Of a stretch of DNA of 64,000 nt, positions 1-9,471 are shown in pieces. A program made the position numbers and the translations under genes. The number at the start of each line of letters is the position of its first letter. Within the stretch, counting starts at the first letter, position 1. The notes beneath the pieces are model-generated. The model had not been told where the DNA came from. It was given only the letters and a program-made list of their open reading frames with translations, and made no database searches. This stretch comes from an uncultured Oscillospiraceae bacterium (GTDB taxonomy: Bacteria; Bacillota; Clostridia; Oscillospirales; Oscillospiraceae), in NCBI GenBank assembly GCA_964450645.1, contig CAYVEB010000005.1, positions 178 through 64,177 of the forward strand. The letters run 5' to 3'.

Positions 1-129
1 CTGGGAATAGGAGATGTATGGATCGCATTGCGGATCGAGCAGTTTATTAGGGAGGGAATGCTTGAAGTTATAACGTCACCGGCTCCGGATAGGCCAATTT
101 ACAGACGGATGCTTCGTAAGGCGATATAA
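1..129 (+). CDS. 3' end of an unidentified ORF entering from the left edge (...LGIGDVWIALRIEQFIREGMLEVITSPAPDRPIYRRMLRKAI*)
   Basis: The frame is open from base 1 to TAA at 127-129. Forty-two residues are too few to assign a family. Confidence 0.25.
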   Translation: MGIGDVWIALRIEQFIREGMLEVITSPAPDRPIYRRMLRKAI

Positions 130-195
130 AACAATTCCAGTTTGTCGGATAAATTACCTTCCGACTACTATAGCCGGGAGACATCTTTTTTCCCT

Positions 196-470
196 TTATG
201 CCTTTATCTCCGTCCCATTCTTGAAAGTCACCCGGACATCGTCCTTGCTGTACACTGTGTAAAAATCCACCAGTCGGCTGAATAGTCCGGGGTTAAATTC
301 CGTGACGGAGCGTCCATCGACCGTAGTTCCGCAAGGAAGTCTTCAATCGTCGCCCGGCGGGTGACCTTGTCCGCAATCTGCGCTTTGACGAGTTCCAGCT
401 TTGCCTCGGCGTCATCGAACCGCCGCGAGAGGTCGTCGTACTTTTTCTGGTATTCGGTCGTTTTCTTTTT
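196..470 (-). pseudogene. C-terminal remnant of a large serine recombinase (frameshifted, catalytic N-terminus absent)
   Basis: Minus-strand translation gives KKYDDLSRRFDDAEAKLELVKAQIADKVTRRATIEDFLAELRS. After a 1-nt frame change near 305 it continues VTEFNPGLFSRLVDFYTVYSKDDVRVTFKNGTEIKA* (stop 196-198). This is the coiled-coil plus EF..L...VD..TVY tail typical of large serine recombinases. Homology stops where the IS relic begins. Confidence 0.55.
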
Positions 471-479
471 GTGACTGCA

Positions 480-1155
480 TATTACCGTCAAGTGCGGATA
501 ATCGCAAGGCCATATCGCGACATATAGTACACAAACATTCATCTCGGATATTGCGTTTTGCCACTTGCTTCTGTAACCCTCGGTATCGCGGTTTCTGAAA
601 TCGAAGCTGTCGCTTGACAGCGGCAAAGACATGATCAGCCTTGGCGCGAATGGAAGACTTTTCATGCTCTCTGCGTTTGACCTGTGCTTTGAAACGGGTA
701 GAATTGCTTTTGCTCTGGGACGGACGCCGGTTGATCTTGTAACGGATCCGCTTCCCCACTTTGTTACGCTTAACGGTTTCCGGGTGCTTTTTCGCGCCAA
801 GGTATCCGCTGTCACCGTGAACCGTTTCTTCCTTGCCGGTCAACAACTCACCTGTAACAGGAACATCACGCACGTTTGCCGGGGTCACTTTCACGGTATG
901 CACCAATCCGCTGTCCCTGTCTACCCCAATGTGGGCCTTGTAGCCGAAATGCCAAACTAATCGTACGGCTGGATGCGTGCGATCCACTCTCCCCACGGAA
1001 TGATGCGATCCATTGTTTCCAAAAATTCCTTTTTCTTTGTCCGTACTTGTGCCAGCTCATCGCTCAAGCCGGACAGGCTTCGTTGCTTCTCCATGACTGT
1101 ATTATAGCACATTTTGGGGAAATTTGCATTATGCGGTACTGCCTTGATTTATTTT
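480..1155 (-). mobile_element. Decayed IS5-family insertion sequence (transposase pseudogene with internal deletion and frameshift)
   Basis: ATG at 1094 gives MEKQRSLSGLSDELAQVRTKKKEFLETMDRIIPWGEWIARIQPY, then a stop. Another frame continues WHFGYKAHIGVDRDSGLVHTVKVTPANVRDV...HGDSGYLG...RYRGLQKQ, which are DDE IS5-type blocks. The roughly 130 aa normally between these blocks are missing. Possible imperfect terminal repeats are TCAAGT-N4-ATAATC at 488-503 (+) and TCAAGG-N9-ATAATG at 1147-1127 (-). Confidence 0.6.
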
Positions 1156-1158
1156 ACC

Positions 1159-1209
1159 ACAAGAACGACACCGGGGTACTGCTTTTGCAGCCCTCGGTGT
1201 CGTTCTTGT
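1159..1209. other. Very stable hairpin (15 bp perfect outer stem plus 3+4 bp inner stem, TTTT loop) abutting the IS relic
   Basis: ACAAGAACGACACCG (1159-1173) pairs with CGGTGTCGTTCTTGT (1195-1209). The inner GGG..CTGC tttt GCAG CCC also pairs. No U-tract follows on either strand. Confidence 0.7.
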
Positions 1210-1320
1210 AAAACCGTTTTGTGACAGTTATCGACGGTCTAAGTGCAGTACCAAATCAGGCGTTTCCCTATGTTTCTAATAGATTTCTTATAAAAGCATG
1301 GCAAAGTCTTTTCCAAAGCG

Positions 1321-3027
1321 CTATGCCAAAAAGGACTTCATACCCTCCTGCAGCTTTGCCATCGTCTCGCCCGCGCGGTTGACGCACGCGCCAATGGCGG
1401 TGTAATAGAACTTGACCTTCGGCTCCGTGCCGGAGGGCCGGGCAATGACCTTGCCGTTTTCGCCCAGCAGCAGCTCCAATACGTTCGAACGCGGCAGCTT
1501 GATGGGCTGGGTCTTGCCCGTGGCGGTATCCGTATTCACGCCGGACTTGTAGTCCAAAACAGCCGTTACGGGATATCCGCCAATTTGCTCCGGGCAATTT
1601 GCGCGCAGACCAGACATAATTGCCGCGGCCTTCTCCATGGCGTCCGGGCCGGACAGCTCCACCGACTCCACCTTGGACAGATAGTATCCGTACTCCCTAT
1701 AAAGCGCTTCCATCGCCTCCGCCAGGTTCATTCCTTTTGTCTTATAGTATGCCGCCATTTCGCACACCAGCATGGACGCTACCACCGCGTCCTTGTCCCG
1801 CGCATAGGTGCCTTTGAGATAGCCGCAGCTCTCTTCAAAGCCAAATACAAATTTATCCACCTCGCCGCGCTGCTCATAACCCAGGATTTCACCGCCAATC
1901 CATTTGAAGCCCGTCAGGACGGCATGCATTTCGCAGCCGTATTTTTCGCAGATCCGATCCGCCATCGCAGACGACACGATACTCCGCACCGCAAAGCAGC
2001 CCTCCGGCAGATCGCCCCGTTCCTTTCGCGCCGCCAGCACATAATCCAGCAACAGGCAGCCCAATTCGTTGCCCGTCAACTTCTGAAAGCCATCTTTTAC
2101 CGGCACCGCGATCGCAACCCGGTCACAGTCCGGATCCGTGCCGAGGATCAGGTCGCACGGGACTTCCCTGGCCACCCGATAGCTCTCGTTGAGCGCCGCG
2201 TCCGTCTCAGGATTGGGATACTCGCAGGTCTTGAAATCGCCGTCAGGCAGCTCCTGGGCCTTGACCACCGTCGTATGCACGCCGATGCGGCGCAGCACCT
2301 CCCGCACCGGCTTGTTTCCCGCGCCGCACAGCGGCGTGTAAACCACATGCAGCTTTGCCCGCGGCACCTGTTCCAGGCGCAAGCCCTCCTGCATGACGCG
2401 GTGATAGTACCGCTCCCACAATTCCATTGGGATCTCCTCGATCAGCCCCCGCGCTATGTACTCCGCGTAGGTGTGTTTCGCCGGCTGGAAATAGGGAATC
2501 TTCGAGATCTGATCGAGCACAACCTTGGCCGGTTCGTCGGTCATCTGGCAGCCGTCCGCGCCGTAGCACTTCACGCCGTTGTAGATGCCCGCGTTGTGCG
2601 ACGCGGACACCACGATCCCGCAGCCGCAGCCCAGTTCCCGCACCGCGTACGACAGCATGGGTGTGGGCGCCAGCTCATGGTAGAGATAGACATGGATATT
2701 TTTTTCCGCCAGCGCCTCGGCACACAGCTCGCTAAAATAGCGGGAATTGTGGCGCGAGTCGTAGCCGATGGCGCATTTCTGCGGCAGATCGGTCCCGGAC
2801 AACCACGACGCAAGCCCCTGCGCGGTTCTGCGGACGGTAAACGCGTTGAGCCGGTTGGTTCCAGGCCCCATGAGGCCGCGGATGCCCGCCGTGCCAAACT
2901 GCAGCTCCGCCCCAAAGCAGCCTTTGATCTCCTGCGGATCTCCGGCCATCGCTTCCAGCTGGGCCTTCATGTCCGCCGGTATGGACGGCTCGGCACACCA
3001 AACCTGATATAACTCCAGATCGTTCAT
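1321..3027 (-). CDS. Phosphoglucomutase/phosphomannomutase (alpha-D-phosphohexomutase family)
   Basis: The phosphoserine loop SASHNAGIYNGVK is present and the architecture is full length. SD AAGGAGG lies upstream of the ATG at 3027 (MNDLELYQ...). The ORF-track start at 3060 is probably too far upstream. Confidence 0.9.
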   Translation of the reverse strand: MNDLELYQVWCAEPSIPADMKAQLEAMAGDPQEIKGCFGAELQFGTAGIRGLMGPGTNRLNAFTVRRTAQGLASWLSGTDLPQKCAIGYDSRHNSRYFSELCAEALAEKNIHVYLYHELAPTPMLSYAVRELGCGCGIVVSASHNAGIYNGVKCYGADGCQMTDEPAKVVLDQISKIPYFQPAKHTYAEYIARGLIEEIPMELWERYYHRVMQEGLRLEQVPRAKLHVVYTPLCGAGNKPVREVLRRIGVHTTVVKAQELPDGDFKTCEYPNPETDAALNESYRVAREVPCDLILGTDPDCDRVAIAVPVKDGFQKLTGNELGCLLLDYVLAARKERGDLPEGCFAVRSIVSSAMADRICEKYGCEMHAVLTGFKWIGGEILGYEQRGEVDKFVFGFEESCGYLKGTYARDKDAVVASMLVCEMAAYYKTKGMNLAEAMEALYREYGYYLSKVESVELSGPDAMEKAAAIMSGLRANCPEQIGGYPVTAVLDYKSGVNTDTATGKTQPIKLPRSNVLELLLGENGKVIARPSGTEPKVKFYYTAIGACVNRAGETMAKLQEGMKSFLA

Positions 3028-3095
3028 AGTAACCTCCTTATTCTGCCAAAAGCGGGCCAATCCCTTGGAATTGACCCGTCTTTTTCTGCTTTTCC

Positions 3096-3596
3096 CTATA
3101 CATCCTCAATAATCGGGGACGACGCTTTGGTCTGCGAGCCAACAATCGCACGGAACTTGGCGCGTGATTCGCGGACTTCCGACAAAGCCGCGGCAATCTC
3201 CTCCTCCGTACGGCGCATATTGTCGTCCACATAGTCGATCGTGACCTGCTTTAGATCCCGGATCTTATCCTGCGCCGTTTTGACCAGCTCCGCCGCCTGG
3301 TTCTGCGCCTCCAAAAAGACGGCCTCGCGGGATACCATTTGCTTTGCCTGCAGCTGCGCCTGCTTGAGAATATTCTCCGCCTCGCGCTTCGCGCTGGTAA
3401 TCACATCGCTGCGGGATTCCACAATTGTCTTCGCCTGCTTCAATTCGCCAGGCAGCTGGTTGCTCAGCTCGTCCAGCAGATCCAGCACGCGGTCGCGCTC
3501 CACCGCGCACTTATCCCCGCTGAAAGGCACGCTGCGCGCGTCCTGCACCATCTCATATAAGGTGCTTATAATTTCTTCAATGCCGTGTTCGTTCAT
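3096..3596 (-). CDS. Coiled-coil protein of unknown function (ATP-synthase-b/DivIVA-like heptad repeats)
   Basis: The 166-aa ORF is tightly placed after coaD. It contains long charged helices (KREAENILKQAQLQAKQMVSREAVFLEAQNQAAELVK). I did not recognise a family. Confidence 0.6.
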   Translation of the reverse strand: MNEHGIEEIISTLYEMVQDARSVPFSGDKCAVERDRVLDLLDELSNQLPGELKQAKTIVESRSDVITSAKREAENILKQAQLQAKQMVSREAVFLEAQNQAAELVKTAQDKIRDLKQVTIDYVDDNMRRTEEEIAAALSEVRESRAKFRAIVGSQTKASSPIIEDV

Positions 3597-3616
3597 AATT
3601 ATGATCTCCTCCTTGT

Positions 3617-4099
3617 TTAGGTGGCTGCTATCCGTTGCCGGAAGACCGGCACAATCTCCTGGGGCAGGAAGTCCGACAGATCTACATCGTAGCTGCCCAA
3701 TTCCTTGATATTGCTGGAGCTAAGATACATATATTGATGCTGCGCGGTCAAAAACAGCGTGTCCAGACTGGGATTCAGCTTCCGGTTAATCATGGCCATT
3801 TGGAATTCCTTTTCAAAATCCGAACCTGCCCGCAATCCCTTCACGATCACGCAGCTGCCATACCGCTTGGCATAGTCTGCAAGCAGGATATCGGAACTGT
3901 CGACCTCCACATTGTCCATGCCCGCACACACCAGCCGCAGCATCCGCACCCGTTCCTCCAGGGTAAACAGCGGCGTCTTGCCACGGTTGACCATCACGCA
4001 TACAACAAGCTTATCAAAAATTCTGGCAGCCCGCTGGATAATATTTAGGTGGCCCTTGGTCACCGGATCGAAACTGCCAGGATAAATTGCAATTTTCAT
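3617..4099 (-). CDS. coaD: Phosphopantetheine adenylyltransferase
   Basis: MKIAIYPGSFDPVTKGHLNII carries the nucleotidyltransferase motif. The gene overlaps the rsmD stop. A TTG start at 4105 is an alternative. Confidence 0.93.
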   Translation of the reverse strand: MKIAIYPGSFDPVTKGHLNIIQRAARIFDKLVVCVMVNRGKTPLFTLEERVRMLRLVCAGMDNVEVDSSDILLADYAKRYGSCVIVKGLRAGSDFEKEFQMAMINRKLNPSLDTLFLTAQHQYMYLSSSNIKELGSYDVDLSDFLPQEIVPVFRQRIAAT

Positions 4100-4647
4100 A
4101 AACAAACTTCCTCCCTGCGGTACAGCGCGATCAAAGTTTTCCCGTACTTGTAATCCCGCGAGCGTACAAGGCCGGGATATTCACCGTCCAGCGCCTTCCC
4201 TATGGGACGTTCTGTGATAATTATACCATTCTGTGCCAAAATGTCAATTTCAGATATCCATTTTAATGAATTTTCTAAATATTTTTCTGCGTAGGGCGGA
4301 TCCAAAAAAATCAATTGGAACGTATCCTTGCAGGTTTTCAGGTAATCCGCATAGTCCATACACACGACCCGCCCCTTTTCCAGCAGGCGCGTCCGGCACA
4401 GATTCTCCCGGATCAGCGCCGCGGCCTCCGGCCGGCTGTCCACAAACACGGCACTTGACGCGCCCCTGGACAGACATTCAATTCCCAGCTGCCCCGTCCC
4501 GCCGAACAGATCCAGCACAGCTCCGTAAATTTCAAACTGAATGATATTGAACATCCCCACCTTGGCGCGGTCCGCCGTGGGGCGGGTTAGCATCCCCGCT
4601 GGCGCTTTCAGTTCCATGCCCTTGGCCGTGCCGGTGATTACCCGCAT
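4096..4647 (-). CDS. rsmD: 16S rRNA (guanine966-N2)-methyltransferase
   Basis: MRVITGTAKG N-terminus, LDLFGGTGQLGIE SAM-binding motif and FLDPPY motif. The rsmD-coaD pairing is conserved. Confidence 0.9.
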   Translation of the reverse strand: MRVITGTAKGMELKAPAGMLTRPTADRAKVGMFNIIQFEIYGAVLDLFGGTGQLGIECLSRGASSAVFVDSRPEAAALIRENLCRTRLLEKGRVVCMDYADYLKTCKDTFQLIFLDPPYAEKYLENSLKWISEIDILAQNGIIITERPIGKALDGEYPGLVRSRDYKYGKTLIALYRREEVCL

Positions 4648-4651
4648 ACGC

Positions 4652-6466
4652 TCACTCCCTGTGAAAAAAATCGAAAACCGCTTGGGCGACGTTCTTTGGC
4701 AAAACCTCGCGCAAAGCCTCCAGATCCGCCTGCGCGATCGCCTTGATGGACTTAAAATGCCGCAGCAATTTTTGCTTGCGCGCGTCGCCCACGCCCGGAA
4801 TTTGATCCAATACCGACGCCTTCAGATGTCGACTGCGCAGCGTCTTTTGATAGGTGATGGCAAACCGGTGCGTCTCCTCCTGGATGCTGCCAATCAGGGC
4901 AAACACCGCCGGCGCCGTGCTGATGCTGATCTCCCGGCCGTCCGGCGTCACCAGCGCCCGCGTCCGGTGGCGGTCGTCCTTGACCATGCCAAAGATGGGC
5001 GGCGTCAGGCCCATTTCCCGCAACGCTTCCGCCACAGTGTTGGCGTGGACCTGGCCGCCATCAATGAGCAGCACGTCGGGCATCTTGTCAAACCCCTTGT
5101 CTCCCGCCTGATAGTGCGCAAACCGGCGGCAGAGCACCTGCCGCATCGACGCGTAGTCGTCCTGATCCCGCAGATCCTCCACCTGAAAACGTTTGTACTC
5201 CGACTTTCTGGGCTTTCCGTCCTCAAACACCACCATGGACGCCACAATATCCGTCCCGGCTAAGTTGGAAATATCATACGACTCCATCCGCCGGGGAAGC
5301 TCCGGCAATCCCATCATCGTTTGCAGCAGCCGCAACGTCCCGCTTAACTTCTCAGCCTTAGTGGTAAGCCGCTGCGCCTCCTCCAGCGCGTTCTTTCGCG
5401 CCAGTTCCAGCAAAAGTCGGTTGTCGCCCCGCTGAGGCTTGCGAATAATCACCTTTTTCCCCAGTTTCTCCTGGAGCATTTGCGCGAACAACTCCCCGTC
5501 CTCCATCTCAATGGGGAGAAAAATATGCTGCGGCGCCGCGCCGCGCGCCAGATAAAATTGCTTGACCAGGGAAGACACGGCTTCCTCCTCGTCCTCCTCC
5601 AGGGCGACAATTTCATACTCCTTATCGATCAGGTTGCCGCCAATGTAGTGCAGCACTACAAAACAGGCCTTCGCCTCCGTCTTGGCGTAGCCAATTACGT
5701 CGGTGTCCGCCATCCGCCCCGCCGTCACCAGCTGCTTTTGCCCCAGCGATTCAATGGCCCGTAGCCGGTCGCGCAGAGCGGCAGCCCGTTCAAATTCCAG
5801 CGCTTCAGATGCGGCTAGCATCTCCTCGCGGATCGCCTGGGCCACGGCGCGGTAATTCCCATGGAGCAGCTGCACCGCCTGGTCCACACGCCTGCGGTAT
5901 TCCGGGCCTCCCGCCTCTTTTTGGCACCAGCCGTCACAGTTGTTCATGTGATAGTTTAAACACACGCGGCCTTTTCCAATATCCGCGGGGAACTTTTTGC
6001 CGCAGCCGGGAAGCTTCAGCGTTGTGCGCAGCGTGTCGATCACCTTTTGCGTCACAAACCGTCCGCCGAACGGGCCAAAATACTCCGCCCCATCGTCCGT
6101 TACCTGGCTGACCATCGTCAGCACTGGGTACTCCACACGCCGGTCCACCCGCAAATAGGGATAGCCCTTGTCATCCTTCAAAAGAATATTGTATTTCGGC
6201 ATGTGGCGCTTGATCAGGCTACATTCCAGCACCAGCGCCTCAAATTCCGATGCGGCCACAATCGTATCAAACCGATCGATCTGACTCACCATCCGGCGCG
6301 TCTTCGGCGTGTGGGAGGCGGAATCCTGAAAATACTGACTGACGCGGTTGCGCAGCTTTTTCGCCTTGCCCACGTAAATAATCTTGCCGGTTTTGTCCTG
6401 CATCAGGTAGACGCCTGGCGCCAAAGGCAGCGAGCGAGCCTTATCCTTTAATTCTTCGAACGTCAT
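4652..6466 (-). CDS. uvrC: Excinuclease ABC subunit C
   Basis: GIY-YIG N-terminus (GVYLMQDKTGKIIYVGKAKKLRNR), UvrBC-interaction region and C-terminal HhH. SD AGGAG lies upstream of the ATG at 6466. Confidence 0.95.
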   Translation of the reverse strand: MTFEELKDKARSLPLAPGVYLMQDKTGKIIYVGKAKKLRNRVSQYFQDSASHTPKTRRMVSQIDRFDTIVAASEFEALVLECSLIKRHMPKYNILLKDDKGYPYLRVDRRVEYPVLTMVSQVTDDGAEYFGPFGGRFVTQKVIDTLRTTLKLPGCGKKFPADIGKGRVCLNYHMNNCDGWCQKEAGGPEYRRRVDQAVQLLHGNYRAVAQAIREEMLAASEALEFERAAALRDRLRAIESLGQKQLVTAGRMADTDVIGYAKTEAKACFVVLHYIGGNLIDKEYEIVALEEDEEEAVSSLVKQFYLARGAAPQHIFLPIEMEDGELFAQMLQEKLGKKVIIRKPQRGDNRLLLELARKNALEEAQRLTTKAEKLSGTLRLLQTMMGLPELPRRMESYDISNLAGTDIVASMVVFEDGKPRKSEYKRFQVEDLRDQDDYASMRQVLCRRFAHYQAGDKGFDKMPDVLLIDGGQVHANTVAEALREMGLTPPIFGMVKDDRHRTRALVTPDGREISISTAPAVFALIGSIQEETHRFAITYQKTLRSRHLKASVLDQIPGVGDARKQKLLRHFKSIKAIAQADLEALREVLPKNVAQAVFDFFHRE

Positions 6467-6578
6467 GCCAACTCCTGTCTCCCGCTGACTTGTTTCCAAA
6501 ACGGCAAAAACGCCGATGCGGCGCTTTCCCACTTCTAAATCAAAAAATTTTTAAAGCGGAATTGCCACACATATGAAA

Positions 6579-6614
6579 CACTGATGAAAAGGTCTGCCGA
6601 TCTTTTCATCAGTG
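6579..6614 (-). terminator. Hairpin downstream of the HPr gene (13-bp perfect stem)
   Basis: CACTGATGAAAAG / CTTTTCATCAGTG with a 10-nt loop. On the minus strand it is followed by TTTCATATG. Confidence 0.5.
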
Positions 6615-6689
6615 CGCACCTTAGACGTCTGCTTCGATTCCCGTTTCCCCGCGCAGAAAATGCGGCGCTCGCGCAGAGAAAGCCCCGTG

Positions 6690-6947
6690 TTAGACGTCCT
6701 CGTCCAGCATCTTTACCAGGGCTTGGACAGCTTCCTTTTCATCGGACCCATCGGCAATCAAATTAACAGTGGAGCCGGTAAACACACCCATAGACAAGAC
6801 GCCAAGAAGGCTTTTCGCGTTGATTTTCCGCTCGTCCGCCTCCAGCCAAATGCTGGACTTAAACTCATTGGCCTTCTGGATAAAATACGTCGCCTGCTTA
6901 TTATGTAAGCCGGACGTGCATTTTACGACGGTTTGTTCAGTATACAT
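6690..6947 (-). CDS. ptsH: HPr-family phosphocarrier protein (divergent active-site loop)
   Basis: 85 aa. GLHNKQA aligns with the canonical GLHARPA His15 loop. NAKSLLGVLSMG is the Ser46 regulatory site. Confidence 0.85.
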   Translation of the reverse strand: MYTEQTVVKCTSGLHNKQATYFIQKANEFKSSIWLEADERKINAKSLLGVLSMGVFTGSTVNLIADGSDEKEAVQALVKMLDEDV

Positions 6948-7030
6948 TTCGCTACTCCTTTGTTGTGGTTGGTTTCTCCTCTTTTAATATAGCAAATCCA
7001 ACAGATTTGTCAACTAAAAATGTGCAAAAA

Positions 7031-9403
7031 TCACGATAATTCTGCGATGGTAACGCCTGTATCGCCCTCGCCATAGGCGCCCAAACGGAATTTTTTGACG
7101 AATTTGCTCCTCCGCAGCTCCTCATGCACCATGTTGCGGAGCACGCCGGTTCCCTTTCCGTGGATGATCCGCACGAAGCCAAGGTTCGCCATCATTGCGT
7201 TGTCCAGGAACGACGAAAGTGCCGCGGACGCTTCCAGCGCGTCCATGCCCCGCAGATCCAGCTCCGGTGACGCGCCAACAGCGCGCATCGCACGGCCGGA
7301 CTGCTCCATATACTTCTTCACAGACGTCTGCTGCTCATTTTCCAGCAGGTAGACCTCCTCCGGCTTGACGCTGATTTTCATGATCCCGGCTTGCAGCTGA
7401 TAGGTGCCGTCCTTGTTCAGAGCCAGAACGGTCGCCTTGGTGCCCAATTTCAGCAGTTCCACCGTGTCGCCCACGCGCACCGCCCGGCTCGGCTTCGGCC
7501 GCTCGACCGTCTGCCCGTTTGCGGAAAGGCGCGCCTCGGCCTCGTTGAGGGTATGGCGCAGCTGGCTCTGGCGCTCGTTGATGCCCTGGACGCCGCCGTC
7601 TTTCATCTGCTTGCGCAGCTGTTTAAGTTCCTCGTGTACTTGGTTAGCGGCAAGACGGGCTTCGTCAAGAATACTCTGCGCCTCCCTGCGGGCGCGCTCG
7701 GTGGCCTTCTCCCGCTCCTTTTTTATTTGCGCCATGTACTCCTCGGACTGGCGCTTTGTCTTTTCCGTCTCCGCGCGCAGCTGCTCCGCCTCCGCCTTGG
7801 CCGCCTCCATCTGCTGGCGCTGCTGTTCGAGCTGATTGAGCACATCTTCAAAGTCCAGATCGTTTTGGCTGATCATATCCCTGGCCTGCTTGATGATCTC
7901 CTCGCTCAACCCCAGGCGGCGGGAAATGGCAAAGGCGTTGGACTTCCCCGGAATTCCGATGAGCAGGCGGTACGTGGGCCGCAGAGTCTCCACATCGAAC
8001 TCGCAGCTTGCGTTCATAACGCCCGGCGTGCGCATAGCGTAAAGTTTTAACTCCGCGTAGTGTGTCGTGGCGGCCACACGGCTGCCGCACTTGCGGCAAT
8101 ATTCGATCAAGGCCATCGCCAACGCGGCGCCCTCCGCCGGGTCGGTACCGGCGCCCAACTCGTCAAACAGGACTAACGTCTCGCCGTCGCACTGGCCGAG
8201 AATCTCCACAATGTTTTTCATGTGGGCCGAGAACGTGGACAGAGATTGCTCAATGGACTGCTCGTCCCCGATATCCGCCAAGACGCGCGCATAGGCGCAG
8301 ACCGTGCTGCCGTCGTCCGCCGGGATTTGCAGCCCGCACTCGGCCATGAGTGTCAGTAATCCCAAGGTTTTCAGGGTCACCGTCTTGCCACCGGTGTTCG
8401 GCCCGGTAATAATGAGCGTGTCAAAATCGCCGCCCAGGCGCACGGTGATCGGGACGACCACCTTGGGATCGATCAGCGGATGGCGCGCATTTTTCAGAAA
8501 AATTTGGCCGTTTTCCGTGATTTTCGGCTCAATCGCCCGCATCTGAAAGGCCAGCTTCGCCTTTGCGAAAATCACGTCCAGCTGGGTCAGCAGCTCGTAG
8601 CTTTGGGATATCGACTCGCGGAAATTCGCGGCTTCAGCCGAGAGCTCCGCCAAAATCCGCTCGATCTCCTTCTTCTCTTTGAGCAGCAGCTCTCGCAATG
8701 CGTTGTTGGCGTTGACAGCCGACATCGGTTCAATGAAAAACGTGCCGCCGCTCGCGGATACGTCGTGTACCAGGCCGGGAATCTCATTTTTAAACTCGCT
8801 CTTGACGGGTACAACATAGCGGTCAGAGCGCAAGGTGACGATCGGCTCGCGCAGATATTTGGCGAAGGAGGCAGACGTGATAATCTTTTGCAGGCTCTCT
8901 TTAATCCGTGCGCTCTGCACGCGCATATGTCTGCGGATATCCGCCAACTCCGAACTGGCGGCGTCGGAGATCTCCTCCTCCGACAAAATGGCTGTAGAAA
9001 TTCGCTCCTCCAAATAGCGGTTGGGCGAAAGGCCCTGGAACAGGGGATCCAGGCATGACTCCGCCAGATCGCCGTTGTAATATTCCTTGACCGCTCTTGC
9101 GCAGCGGAGCACGCCGGCAATCCGCAGCAACTCCGCGGTACTCAGGCTGCCGCCGCGCTCCGCCCGTTCCAGCGACGCGCCGACAGGCAGAACCTCCTGG
9201 AAGCCCGGCGCGCCCTTTTGCGTGATCAGGCGGCACGCAGCCGCGGTCTGCTGCTGGAGTACGCGGATGTCGTCCGCGTCGCGCAAAGGCTTCAGCATCC
9301 GGCACCGCTCCTTGGCCTCCTGCGAGGTGGCGCAGAAAGCCAGCTTGTCCAAAACTGCGGCCAATTCCAGTTTTTGTATCGACTTTTCATATAACTGGGA
9401 CAT
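7031..9403 (-). CDS. mutS2: Endonuclease MutS2
   Basis: Walker A GPNTGGKTV and a MutS ATPase core. C-terminal Smr domain (LDLRGM...IIHGKGTGVLR). SD GGAGG lies 8 nt before the ATG at 9403. Confidence 0.95.
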   Translation of the reverse strand: MSQLYEKSIQKLELAAVLDKLAFCATSQEAKERCRMLKPLRDADDIRVLQQQTAAACRLITQKGAPGFQEVLPVGASLERAERGGSLSTAELLRIAGVLRCARAVKEYYNGDLAESCLDPLFQGLSPNRYLEERISTAILSEEEISDAASSELADIRRHMRVQSARIKESLQKIITSASFAKYLREPIVTLRSDRYVVPVKSEFKNEIPGLVHDVSASGGTFFIEPMSAVNANNALRELLLKEKKEIERILAELSAEAANFRESISQSYELLTQLDVIFAKAKLAFQMRAIEPKITENGQIFLKNARHPLIDPKVVVPITVRLGGDFDTLIITGPNTGGKTVTLKTLGLLTLMAECGLQIPADDGSTVCAYARVLADIGDEQSIEQSLSTFSAHMKNIVEILGQCDGETLVLFDELGAGTDPAEGAALAMALIEYCRKCGSRVAATTHYAELKLYAMRTPGVMNASCEFDVETLRPTYRLLIGIPGKSNAFAISRRLGLSEEIIKQARDMISQNDLDFEDVLNQLEQQRQQMEAAKAEAEQLRAETEKTKRQSEEYMAQIKKEREKATERARREAQSILDEARLAANQVHEELKQLRKQMKDGGVQGINERQSQLRHTLNEAEARLSANGQTVERPKPSRAVRVGDTVELLKLGTKATVLALNKDGTYQLQAGIMKISVKPEEVYLLENEQQTSVKKYMEQSGRAMRAVGASPELDLRGMDALEASAALSSFLDNAMMANLGFVRIIHGKGTGVLRNMVHEELRRSKFVKKFRLGAYGEGDTGVTIAELS

Positions 9404-9471
9404 AAAATCGTCCTCCATCTTGCAGTACAAACGTTTTCCCATTTTGCGGCACACGCCACAAGCCTAAACCG

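Noticed and set aside
228-815. 195-aa ORF as a single gene
   Set aside because: It is a chimera. Its upstream two thirds are an out-of-frame read through the IS5 transposase relic. Only the last 85 aa or so (recombinase coiled coil) are meaningful, and its final 25 aa are out of frame relative to the true recombinase C-terminus.
1585-3012. 475-aa plus-strand ORF opposite the phosphoglucomutase gene
   Set aside because: It is antisense to a strongly supported gene. It has an Arg/Ala/Gly/His-rich low-complexity composition typical of open antisense frames in GC-rich DNA. It has no SD and no recognisable motif.
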